Shown in pieces: positions 24,238-32,584 of a DNA stretch of 32,584 nucleotides (its first letter is position 1; each line of letters begins with the position of its first letter). A program made the position numbers and the translations under genes. Source of the stretch: Candidatus Liptonbacteria bacterium (lineage in GTDB: Bacteria; Patescibacteriota; Minisyncoccia; UBA6257; 2-01-FULL-56-20); contig JACQKW010000003.1 of NCBI GenBank assembly GCA_016204385.1, forward strand, positions 1-32,584. The letters run 5' to 3'. The notes under the pieces were generated by a model, which did no database searches, had not been told where the DNA came from, and worked only from the letters and a program-made list of their open reading frames with translations.

Positions 24238-25735
24238 GATGCCGAAGCGGGCGCCCCGCGAGAATAGTTTGAACCGTGCCGTCCTTGAACGCCACGCGGC
24301 CGTTCACCACGGTAAATTTAACGTGTCCCTCATCGGTAAAGCATGCGAGGTCGGCGTAATTCCCCTCCCGAATCTCTCCGCGATCGCGGAGATTGAACTT
24401 TCTTGCGGGCTCTTGCGTCACTTTCTTTATCGCATCCTCAAGCGGCATGAGCTTCTCCTTGAGCACCAGGGAAAGGAATTTGGGGAACGTCGAAACTGCG
24501 CGTTCGAGTTTTTCCTCCTTCCGCGCATCGCTCAAACTCGCGGCATTCGAGGACACGAACGACCTCTTGCTTAGAAGTCCTCTCGTAATCAGCGCGGGGT
24601 TGATGTTCTTGTAAAATATTGATGCGCGAAGGCTGGTCGAAACCATGAGGCGCATGAGCGTCTCCTGCGGATCTCGAAGCCCGTAGATGTCCATCATCTC
24701 TCGGAGCGACCTGCCCGAGAGCGTGAGGTCGCCCGAGGCCCACGCAATCACAAAACCGTGAGGATCGACTTTGGGAAGCTCTTTCACGATCCGCGGCTGA
24801 AGCCACGAATCTTTCACGTTGCTCATCATCACCTCGATTCCGCCGTTCTGCACCCAGAGCGGAAGGAACGCGTAGAGCGGAATGACGCTCGTATCGAACG
24901 GGTAGAGATCGAAGTGGAAATCCGCGTCGCGCGGGAGCGATTCGATCCGATCGAGCGCGGCTTCGTATTCCTTCTCAAAGCCCTTGAGCGGTAAAAGATG
25001 GCTCACGACCACGCGCGCGCCCGTTTCGTTCGCGATCTTTATCGTCTCCTCAATGGAATCGCCGAGCCCCTCCCCGGTGTTTCTCAAGTGAGTCGCGTAC
25101 ACCGCCCCGTACTCGTGTACGATCTTCGCAAGAAACTTTATCTCGGCATACGGCGTCTGTCGGCTATGCACGTACCCCAATCCGGTTGAAAACCCCGCCG
25201 CGCCCTCTTTGAGGGCGCGGCGAAGCGTTTCGCCGAACACCACGAGTTCATTGGAGGTGAGATCCCGCATCGCCTCCCCCAACATTGCGCGCCGCACCGT
25301 CGAATGCCCGATGAGCGTCATAAAATTCACTCCGAGCTGCCGTTTCTCGATGAGCGAAAAGAATTCTTCGAGCGTATGCCAGCCGACATTCATATTCCGC
25401 ACATCCGTCCATTTCTGTATCGATTCCAAACTGCCGTAGAGGAGCGGCGCAAGCGACGCGCCGCAATTTCCCCCCACGATGGTCGTCACTCCCTGCCGAA
25501 GAAAATCTTCCTGGCCCGGATGGTCAAAAATCGAAAGATAGTGGTCGGAGTCGGTGTTTACGTCAATGAAGCCGGGGCTTAGATACGCTCCTTCGCCAGA
25601 GAGCACCTCGTCCGTTTTTTTATCTCCAAAACTCCCGATTGCGGAAATTTTATCCCCGTTCACGTATACGTCCGCGACCTCCGGCAGATTTTTTCCGCCT
25701 CCGATCACACGGACATTCGTAATAAGGAGCGTCAT
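24227..25735 (-). CDS. N-acyl-D-amino-acid deacylase-like amidohydrolase with degenerate metal site
   Basis: PGFIDVNTDSD, QGVTT..GGNCG, GFSTGL.Y, DRGEIREG..ADL. Confidence 0.85.
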   Translation of the reverse strand: MTLLITNVRVIGGGKNLPEVADVYVNGDKISAIGSFGDKKTDEVLSGEGAYLSPGFIDVNTDSDHYLSIFDHPGQEDFLRQGVTTIVGGNCGASLAPLLYGSLESIQKWTDVRNMNVGWHTLEEFFSLIEKRQLGVNFMTLIGHSTVRRAMLGEAMRDLTSNELVVFGETLRRALKEGAAGFSTGLGYVHSRQTPYAEIKFLAKIVHEYGAVYATHLRNTGEGLGDSIEETIKIANETGARVVVSHLLPLKGFEKEYEAALDRIESLPRDADFHFDLYPFDTSVIPLYAFLPLWVQNGGIEVMMSNVKDSWLQPRIVKELPKVDPHGFVIAWASGDLTLSGRSLREMMDIYGLRDPQETLMRLMVSTSLRASIFYKNINPALITRGLLSKRSFVSSNAASLSDARKEEKLERAVSTFPKFLSLVLKEKLMPLEDAIKKVTQEPARKFNLRDRGEIREGNYADLACFTDEGHVKFTVVNGRVAFKDGTVQTILAGRPLRHHGY

Positions 25736-25795
25736 TCCTTCTATTATAGAGGATATTCCCGCGACTAAAAAATCGTATGTGTGAGAGAGCGGCGG

Positions 25796-27079
25796 CTAAA
25801 GCCTGATAATGTCGCGAATGGTAATAACTACCATGAGAAAAATGAGCACGGCAAACCCGACGGTGTTCACAAATGCCTCTGCCGTGCGGGAAATCGGAGA
25901 ACCCTTGAGTTTCTCTATGATGAGAAGGAAGAACCGCCCGCCGTCCAGGGCCGGAAAAGGCATCAGGTTTATTACTGCAAGATTTACTGATATGACCGCG
26001 AGGAGGTTTAAAAGAAACACGAACCCCGCCTGGCTCGCCTCCGACGCAAAGGTGAAAATCCCGACTGGTCCCGCAATCCCCTCGGGAAGCGCCCCTTCGG
26101 TCACAAGGCTCCGCGCAAGCTCGGATACGCCCGTGACGGTGAGCCATGTTGCATCCCTCGTATGCGCGAAGCCCCCTTGAAGAGACGCGAGAAGTCCCCG
26201 GGGCGGAGCCCCGTATTCCCGCAGCACAAGGCCGAAATCCTTCACCAACCGCCCATGAGAGAGAAGCACGCCAAGGGCGGCCCGAGACTCGTCAGCCCGC
26301 ACGCGGGGGTTCAATTCAAACCTCTTTCCGCCGCGCGTCACGGAAATCGTGACCGCCGTGCCGCGGTTCGACTCGAGAAAATTGACGAATGCGTCGCCGC
26401 GCGAGAATCCTTGAATGACATCTCTTTCCGTGATGCCAACCTCCGCGGCGGGAGAGCCTGGCTCTATGCCCCGCACGAAAATCACCTCCTCTTCCGTGAT
26501 CTCGCGCGGGCGCGGGGAGAATATGATCGTGCTCTTCTCGGTTTCCCGCAAAACTTCGACCGACGCGCTCTTCCCCACCCCGGGATTCGCGGCGTTCAAA
26601 AATTCTTCGACGCTCTTCATTCCGAGGAGAAGATCTCCCTCTTTGAAACCGGCGCGGAACGCCTCCGAATTGTTTTGCACGCCGCTTACAAACACAAGCG
26701 GCGGGGTGCCGATCGCAAGGATCAGCGAAAATACCAGCCACCCGACGGCGAAATTCATACACACTCCCGCAAGCACTATGACGCTTCGCTTCCACGCGGG
26801 TTGAGCCGAAAAATAACGCTTTTTCTCTTCCGGGGACGGCACGTCCTTTCCATTATCCATATGATCGTTCTCGCCCGCGATCTGCACGAAACCGCCGAAC
26901 GGGAGCGCATTCACGCTGTATTCCGTTTCGCCTTTTTTCTTCGCAAAGAGGCGCGGCGGGAACCCGAACCCGAACTCATTGACGCGAAGACGGAACAATT
27001 TTGCCGCAAAAAAATGCCCGGCCTCATGGATAATGATAAGTGCGGAGAGCCCCGCGACGACAAAAATCAAAGTAAGCAT
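25796..27079 (-). CDS. rseP: RIP metalloprotease (M50) with two PDZ-like domains
   Basis: HEAGH, LPFGGFV, NLMPFPALDGG. Confidence 0.93.
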   Translation of the reverse strand: MLTLIFVVAGLSALIIIHEAGHFFAAKLFRLRVNEFGFGFPPRLFAKKKGETEYSVNALPFGGFVQIAGENDHMDNGKDVPSPEEKKRYFSAQPAWKRSVIVLAGVCMNFAVGWLVFSLILAIGTPPLVFVSGVQNNSEAFRAGFKEGDLLLGMKSVEEFLNAANPGVGKSASVEVLRETEKSTIIFSPRPREITEEEVIFVRGIEPGSPAAEVGITERDVIQGFSRGDAFVNFLESNRGTAVTISVTRGGKRFELNPRVRADESRAALGVLLSHGRLVKDFGLVLREYGAPPRGLLASLQGGFAHTRDATWLTVTGVSELARSLVTEGALPEGIAGPVGIFTFASEASQAGFVFLLNLLAVISVNLAVINLMPFPALDGGRFFLLIIEKLKGSPISRTAEAFVNTVGFAVLIFLMVVITIRDIIRL

Positions 27080-27094
27080 ACGTCCTATGATACG

Positions 27095-27646
27095 CTACTC
27101 GTGCAATTCCTTCAACTTGCGCTCAACAAGCGAATCTATTTCCTCGTTCGCCTTGTCCGTTATTTTTTGGAGACGTTCTTTCCCTTTGAACAGTTGGTCC
27201 TCGCTCACTTCTTTCCTCTCGTGCGAGGCCTTTAATTTCTTCTGCGCATCATCGCGATGCGTACGAATGTTGATCCGGACTGTTTCAGCCATTTTTCTCA
27301 CAAGCTTCGCAAGTTCGTTCCGCCGCTCCTCGGTAAGCGGCGGAAGGAGCGCGCGTATTATATTTCCCTCGCTCGAGAGGCTCAGCCCTACATTCGCGCT
27401 CTCAATCGCCTTCACGATCCCTTGAAGCGCGGATTGGTCCCACACGGCGATATCAATCTCCCGGGGGGGCTTCACGGTAAGCGACCCGAGCTCTCGAATA
27501 GGAAGCATCTGTCCGGCATATTCGGCTTTCACGTGCTCGAGGAGCTTTGTGGAAGGCCTGCCGCTCCGCACGCCCTGAAGTTCCTGCGTGAAATGGCCGA
27601 CGGCCCCCTCCAAATCAAGCTCAAGTCTCTTAAACTGCTCGTCCAT
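27095..27646 (-). CDS. frr: Ribosome recycling factor
   Basis: RSGRP, LPPLTEERR.EL.K, IRTHR. Confidence 0.95.
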   Translation of the reverse strand: MDEQFKRLELDLEGAVGHFTQELQGVRSGRPSTKLLEHVKAEYAGQMLPIRELGSLTVKPPREIDIAVWDQSALQGIVKAIESANVGLSLSSEGNIIRALLPPLTEERRNELAKLVRKMAETVRINIRTHRDDAQKKLKASHERKEVSEDQLFKGKERLQKITDKANEEIDSLVERKLKELHE

Positions 27647-27647
27647 A

Positions 27648-28499
27648 TCAGTGCCTTGAAGAAATGAGCGCGCCGAGACTTTCGAGCTGAAGCCGCGGGT
27701 TCAAGTTGAAAAAATCCGCGTTCTGCCGCAGGCGGAGCACTTCATGCCATGCGCCATAACTCTTCTCTGCCGCAAGCTCTGCGATGATCGCGTCAAGAAA
27801 CTTATGCAATCGAATGTCCTGCTCCTTAAACACGTCCTTGAGGAACGCGCGGCGCGCGGCGGGGGAAGAGGAAAGAAACGTGTGCGCGGCGCGCTCGAGC
27901 GCGCGGTATTCATCATCAAAAAGCATTGCATGCGCCCGTCCCGGCTGGCCGAACGATCTCTCCGCGATGCGCCGCGCAACCTCCGGCAGCGCGCCGTGCG
28001 TTTCGCAAAGCCACTCTGCGATGCGCGCGGGAGCGACATGCGAAAACGGGATCTTGTGGAGGCGGGACACAAGCGTCGGTTTGAGCGCTTCGGAACCTTT
28101 CGCGATCAATATGATGATGCTTGATGCCGGCGGACGCTCGGCAATAGTGAGGAGCGCGTTTTGCGCCTCCGAAGTGAGCGCGTCCGCGTCGTCCACCACC
28201 ACCGTGCGATACGGGCTATGAAACGGGGTCATTCGCAAAAAACCCTGGATGGCGCGTGCGGTATCAATGCCGATTGAACCCTTCTCGTCCGGACCCACAC
28301 ACAACGCATCGCTCAAAGGGGCGCGGCTGTGTCTCGGGTCGGCGCGGCGGACTCCCCTTTCAAATTCGCGCGCAAGCTCATGCGCTACCGTCCTTTTCCC
28401 TACCCGCTCCGGACCCCAAAAAAGATATCCGTGATGAAGCTTCCCGTCGCGCGCAAGGTTCCTGAAGAGCTGGATCGTGCGCTCGTGTCCAATACTCAT
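27648..28499 (-). CDS. holB: DNA polymerase III delta' subunit-like
   Basis: IGHE, HGYLFWGPERVGKRT, IGID, AQNALL..AE.P, PTLVSR. Confidence 0.85.
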   Translation of the reverse strand: MSIGHERTIQLFRNLARDGKLHHGYLFWGPERVGKRTVAHELAREFERGVRRADPRHSRAPLSDALCVGPDEKGSIGIDTARAIQGFLRMTPFHSPYRTVVVDDADALTSEAQNALLTIAERPPASSIIILIAKGSEALKPTLVSRLHKIPFSHVAPARIAEWLCETHGALPEVARRIAERSFGQPGRAHAMLFDDEYRALERAAHTFLSSSPAARRAFLKDVFKEQDIRLHKFLDAIIAELAAEKSYGAWHEVLRLRQNADFFNLNPRLQLESLGALISSRH

Positions 28500-28502
28500 C
28501 GT

Positions 28503-29510
28503 TTATCGCTTGTTCAAAAGCGTCCGCTTATATACCGGGAGGTGATTTAATATGATCCCCGTGCCCTTCGCCACGCAGAAAAGCGGCTCGCGCGCAGTAT
28601 ACGTGGCAACTCCCAAGTGCCGCTTAAAAAAATCTTCAATGTAATGGAGTTGCGCCGTGCCCCCCGAAAGGATGATGCCTTTTTGCATTATGTCGGCCAC
28701 GAGCTCCGGCGGCGTCGCATTGAACACGTTCTGGACGGAACCCACGATCTCCATAAGGTGCGGATTCAATGCCTCCGAAATCTCGTTCCCGCTGATCGTG
28801 ATATCCTTGGGAAGCCCCGACACAAGGTCTCTGCCGCGAAGCTGGAATTCCATCTTATCCTTCACCGGGAGCGCCGCTCCTATCTGGATTTTCACCGTCT
28901 CCGCCATCTGCTCGCCTATCGCGAGCGAGTACCGCTTCTTGACGTAGTCGCTGATCGCCTGATCGAACTTATTGCCCGCGACGCGCAGGCTCGTCCACGA
29001 TACGATTCCCCCCAAAGAGATCACGGCAACCTCGGAGGTTCCGCCGCCCAAGTTCACAATCATATTCCCCGAGCGGGCGTTGATGGGAATTCCTGCGCCG
29101 AGCGAGGCAAGGATCGGTTCTTTTACGATGTAGACCTCCGCCGCGCCGGCTTCGCGCGAGGCATTTTGAACCGCGCGCCGCTCGGTTTGCGTAATGCCCG
29201 CGGGCACCGAGATTACGACATCCGGCTTCAATATATTGAAGCGCCCGACCGCCTTCGCGATGAAATAGGTGAGCATCGCCTTCGTGATGTAGTAATCGGC
29301 GATCACTCCATCTTTGAGCGGCCGGTACGCCACAATCTCCTCGGGCGTCCGTCCTATCATTTCCTTCGCTTCGACGCCCACCGCAAGCACGGAATTGTCG
29401 GGTTTTGAAAGCGCGACGATCGTGGGTTCATTAATGATAAAACCGCGCCCCGGCACGAAGACGATCGTGTTCGCGGTTCCTAAATCAATGCCGATTTTGC
29501 GAGTGAGCAT
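28503..29510 (-). CDS. mreB: Rod shape-determining actin-like protein
   Basis: IGIDLGTANT, RPLKDGVIAD, GGGTSEVAVISLGG, TPPEL..DI. Confidence 0.95.
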   Translation of the reverse strand: MLTRKIGIDLGTANTIVFVPGRGFIINEPTIVALSKPDNSVLAVGVEAKEMIGRTPEEIVAYRPLKDGVIADYYITKAMLTYFIAKAVGRFNILKPDVVISVPAGITQTERRAVQNASREAGAAEVYIVKEPILASLGAGIPINARSGNMIVNLGGGTSEVAVISLGGIVSWTSLRVAGNKFDQAISDYVKKRYSLAIGEQMAETVKIQIGAALPVKDKMEFQLRGRDLVSGLPKDITISGNEISEALNPHLMEIVGSVQNVFNATPPELVADIMQKGIILSGGTAQLHYIEDFFKRHLGVATYTAREPLFCVAKGTGIILNHLPVYKRTLLNKR

Positions 29511-29521
29511 GAAAGATGTTC

Positions 29522-29600
29522 CGACGCTAATACGCTAATTGACGCGAATGTCGCGGATGAATCATTAGCGCCATTCGCATGCATTCGTATATTGGCGTCG
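29522..29600. repeat. Periodic-unit hairpin upstream of mreB
   Basis: CGACGCTAATA...TATTGGCGTCG arms; shares CATTCGCATGCATT.GTATATTGG with 6138-6161. Confidence 0.7.
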
Positions 29601-29644
29601 CGTTAAAAACCTCCTAGCAGTATAAAGCGCGGGATAGAAGAGAG

Positions 29645-30973
29645 TCAAACTCGTTCAATGTGAGCACCAAGATTCCGTAGCCGCTCGTCGATCCGTTCGT
29701 ACCCTCGGTCAATTTCCTCTACGCCGTCGATTTCCGAATCGCCGTTCGCGACGAGCGCGGCAATTACGTTTACGATCCCCGCTCGAAGGTCGCGAACGAC
29801 CATTTTTGCACCGCGAAGAGGGGTGGAGCCATGGATAGTCGCAACGTGCGGAAAGTTCTTCTCTGAAAACCGGCACGGCGCGGAGGGCGGGCATGAATCC
29901 CCTACCTCGATCTTTGCTCCCATTCTCTTCAGATCATCTGTATAACCGAAACGATTATCATAAATTGTTTCATGGATTGTGGATGTTCCCTCGACCTGAG
30001 TTAAAAGCACTGCGAGCGGCTGCTGCCAATCAGTCATAAACCCGGGGTGAATTGCGGTTTCCACCTCGAGGGGCCTTAAAGAATTTGACGTGCCCGCCGA
30101 CCCGCGAGCGACGGAGGGACGCCAGAACGCAATGCCCTCCGGCGAAATCTCATATTCCGCGCCAAGCCGCCGCACGGTGTTTAAAAACGTAATGAGATGA
30201 TCTTGAATTGCGTCTTTCACGAGTATTCTCCCGCCAGTCGCAATCGCAAGGCACGCGAAGGATACCGCTTCGTTCCTATCCGGCAACACCTTGTGCCGCG
30301 CGCCCCGCAGGCGGGGCACGCCCTCGATATAAAAGTCCCGGTTCGCGCCAAGCTCGATGATAGCACCCATCTTCTGGAGCATTTTGACCACGCTCATGAT
30401 CTCGGGCTCAAGCGCGGCGTTCCGGAGCACTGTTTTCCCTTTGGCGAGGACCGCGGCAAGAATGGCGTTCTCCGTCGCGCCGACCGATGGGAAATCAAAC
30501 CGAATCTCCGCGCCGCGGAGGCCGTGCTTTGCCCGCGCGCGATAGCATTTCCCCTCCTCAATTTCGATTTCTGCGCCAAGCGCCTCGAGCGCTTTGATGT
30601 GGAGATTAACCGGCCGCGCGCCAATCTTATCGCCTCCTAGAAATGGCACTTCTGCCTCGCCCACGCGCGCAAGAAGAGGTCCTAAGGCAAGGATGGGAAT
30701 ACGGTTCCTGCGGCTCTGCTCAAGCGTTACGCGGCTGTTTTTGACGGTTGTGGTCTCGATTGTGACGGTTGATCCGTTTCGGACAACTTTGCTCCCGATG
30801 TGCTTCAAAAATTCCGCGGTGATGTCGGTGTCCCCTATCCTTGGGAAATTGTCCAAGCGGCACGGCTCCTCGGTGAGGAGCGAGGCGACCATGAGTTTCG
30901 TCGCCGCGTTCTTTGCGCCCTGCAGTTTAATCTCTCCCTCAAGCTTTTTCCCGCCTCGAATGAGAAATTTCAT
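29645..30973 (-). CDS. murA: UDP-GlcNAc 1-carboxyvinyltransferase (Asp at catalytic Cys position)
   Basis: GAKNA, GGDKIGARP, SVGATEN, PGFMTD.Q, DLRAG, IDRGYE. Confidence 0.95.
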   Translation of the reverse strand: MKFLIRGGKKLEGEIKLQGAKNAATKLMVASLLTEEPCRLDNFPRIGDTDITAEFLKHIGSKVVRNGSTVTIETTTVKNSRVTLEQSRRNRIPILALGPLLARVGEAEVPFLGGDKIGARPVNLHIKALEALGAEIEIEEGKCYRARAKHGLRGAEIRFDFPSVGATENAILAAVLAKGKTVLRNAALEPEIMSVVKMLQKMGAIIELGANRDFYIEGVPRLRGARHKVLPDRNEAVSFACLAIATGGRILVKDAIQDHLITFLNTVRRLGAEYEISPEGIAFWRPSVARGSAGTSNSLRPLEVETAIHPGFMTDWQQPLAVLLTQVEGTSTIHETIYDNRFGYTDDLKRMGAKIEVGDSCPPSAPCRFSEKNFPHVATIHGSTPLRGAKMVVRDLRAGIVNVIAALVANGDSEIDGVEEIDRGYERIDERLRNLGAHIERV

Positions 30974-30991
30974 TTGGGGAACAAGAAAATT

Positions 30992-31258
30992 CTACAGCTT
31001 GTATGCCTTGTCTCGACGATCAATGTAGTGCACGACAATCGCATGTTCTTGCCACTTGACCGCATAAATAATCCGCCAATCGCCAACGCGCAGTTTGTAG
31101 AAATTTTTGAATTCGTAACTCAACACAACGGGCACCACGGTATCAAAATGTTCCGTGAGCCAGTCGAGCTTATCAATAATGCGCCGCCGCACTGGGCGAT
31201 CAAGACGCGCAAGATCCTCTTCGGCCTCACGGGAAAACTCGAGCGACCACCCCGCCAT
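30992..31258 (-). CDS. RelE/ParE-family toxin
   Basis: WSLEFSREAEEDLARLD, YKLRVGDWRIIY, IDRRDKAY. Confidence 0.88.
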   Translation of the reverse strand: MAGWSLEFSREAEEDLARLDRPVRRRIIDKLDWLTEHFDTVVPVVLSYEFKNFYKLRVGDWRIIYAVKWQEHAIVVHYIDRRDKAYKL

Positions 31259-31259
31259 G

Positions 31260-31454
31260 TCAGTTGTATCGTGCTTTGATGGTTCTAAATGGCATGGTTT
31301 TCTTTCTTGACTGAAGCGCTCCCCGGAGTCTCCTCTTAGCTTTTTCACTTAGTTCCAACCCAAAATCGGGATCATGCACAATTTCATAGAGAGCTTGGGC
31401 AATAATGGCTCGCATTTCTTTGGATATCTTTTGAGGTATGGTAACCGTGCTCAT
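31260..31454 (-). CDS. Putative antitoxin
   Basis: 64-aa ORF ending 1 nt before the toxin start; DPDFGLEL segment; TATACT 6 nt before ATG. Confidence 0.75.
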   Translation of the reverse strand: MSTVTIPQKISKEMRAIIAQALYEIVHDPDFGLELSEKAKRRLRGALQSRKKTMPFRTIKARYN

Positions 31455-31502
31455 AGTATAAGTATACCGCGGCAGTGTGAGCTAGACAACCTCCGCGTTC
31501 TA

Positions 31503-31524
31503 GCCCTTCGGCGATGCTCAAGGC
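31503..31524. repeat. CCTTCG..GCTCA.G short palindromic repeat
   Basis: GCCCTTCGGCGATGCTCAAGGC resembles GTCCTTCGACTTCGCTCAGGAC at 2-23. Confidence 0.5.
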
Positions 31525-31531
31525 AAATCAT

Positions 31532-32410
31532 TTATACGACTTCCGCGTTGTAACATTGTTCACAATAGACAATTTCTTTGCGATCGGGCGCGTAGGAGGT
31601 TTCAAATTCATTGGGACAGTGGCCCTCTTTATGAAAATGTACGATGGTATTTTGGTAAACATTGCTTTCAGATTTGATTCCATTGCACATGCAACTCCTG
31701 TGCCAAAGTTTCATTGGCGTCCTCTGGCGGACACGCGAGTAATGCCGGCAATTCGGACAAAGTCGTGGAAGGGGCAGATTAAGATTCTTATAGAAGTTCA
31801 GCTCCTCGGGCACAATGCGGAATGCAGTAGTGCACTGCTCGTTGCAAGATCCACCATGATCACAACCTATAACCTCTTTGAGTATTGATTCGCCAACTGC
31901 CTGAATTGTATCCGGTAGGTCCTTGGACATTTTGGTAACTTGATAATTGCGCCCTTCCGGTTCTTTCCAGTTATACTGACCCTCACGCGCTTCATTTTTC
32001 GTAAGAGGAAAATACTCTTGAGCTATTGTCTCGTTATAGGCAAATGGAGAAAGCTCTATTGGGAAAAATTCCCCATATTTATAGGTTCTGCCCTTTTTAT
32101 CAACAAACGGAACCGCATTCATTTGTGCGGTCACTTTGGGCAAAAGCGCTTCATATTCTTCCTTTGTGTATTGCTTGTTCAAGATGCAGTAGTGTTTGCT
32201 ACGGAGCCCCACACATCCGAAAAGATGCGATGAAGCATGGCAATTTAAGGAATATATAATATCGCTCGAGTTATAGATTGTGCTGGAGGCAAAATTCCTA
32301 TTCCCCACATTGCAGTCAACCAACTCGCACGAAAGTGGATTTTGGAAAATCCCATTGCCGTCGTAAGAATCCTTGAGATCCAATGCGCTGTATTCATATT
32401 TACAATCGGA
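31532..32410 (-). pseudogene. C-terminal part of a large Cys-rich/zinc-ribbon protein, 5' end missing
   Basis: LFGCVGLRSKHYCILNKQY.KEEY, YGEFFP..LSPFAYNET, PLPRLCPNCRH, IVYCEQCY; the frame runs into unrelated-looking sequence and a stop above ~32410. Confidence 0.65.
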
Positions 32411-32584
32411 ACGGCGGCGGCACAGCAAGCGCCATATCTTGTTGATGCGAGCGGAGTTGAATTGCAGACATATACGGCGAACAATTCAATGAAGCCATGA
32501 AATGCGAAACGGAAGAAGATGCTGCCCGCTGGCTCTTCGCGGAGATAGACTTTTATGGCCGCGAGTATGGGCAAGAACCAGAAG

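Overview
Chromosomal window most consistent with a Patescibacteria (CPR/Parcubacteria-like) genome; this is inferred from the gene content and compact, often leaderless-looking genes, and stops fit the standard code. Housekeeping content: tRNA-Gln, fmt/def, a CtpA-like S41 protease, rplI, rpmA, and a long minus-strand cell-wall/division run (murA, mreB, holB-like, frr, rseP, amidohydrolase-like, ftsW, murG, gltX, two M23 peptidases, murC). Accessory content: Ni-superoxide dismutase (sodN-sodX), a thiol-redox/copper operon (thioredoxin, DoxX, CcdA-His-rich fusion, cupredoxin, CopA, CopZ), a RelE-type toxin-antitoxin pair and several orphan genes. The most unusual signal is non-coding. Three copies of a ~150-220 bp element share a GACAC-hairpin-GACCC core (compensatory stem changes between two copies), and each core is followed by an antisense copy of the adjacent gene's conserved site (tRNA-Gln T-arm, copA GMHC codons, copZ GMHC codons). 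At copA, a second, synonymously diverged 5' gene end lies on the other side of the element. This suggests a miniature, target-programmed insertion element that restores the gene end, or alternatively a translational attenuator. The window also carries palindromic and heptamer repeats inserted in-frame into essential genes, a four-helix-bundle gene bracketed by inverted heptamer arrays, and a candidate ~110-nt structured RNA.
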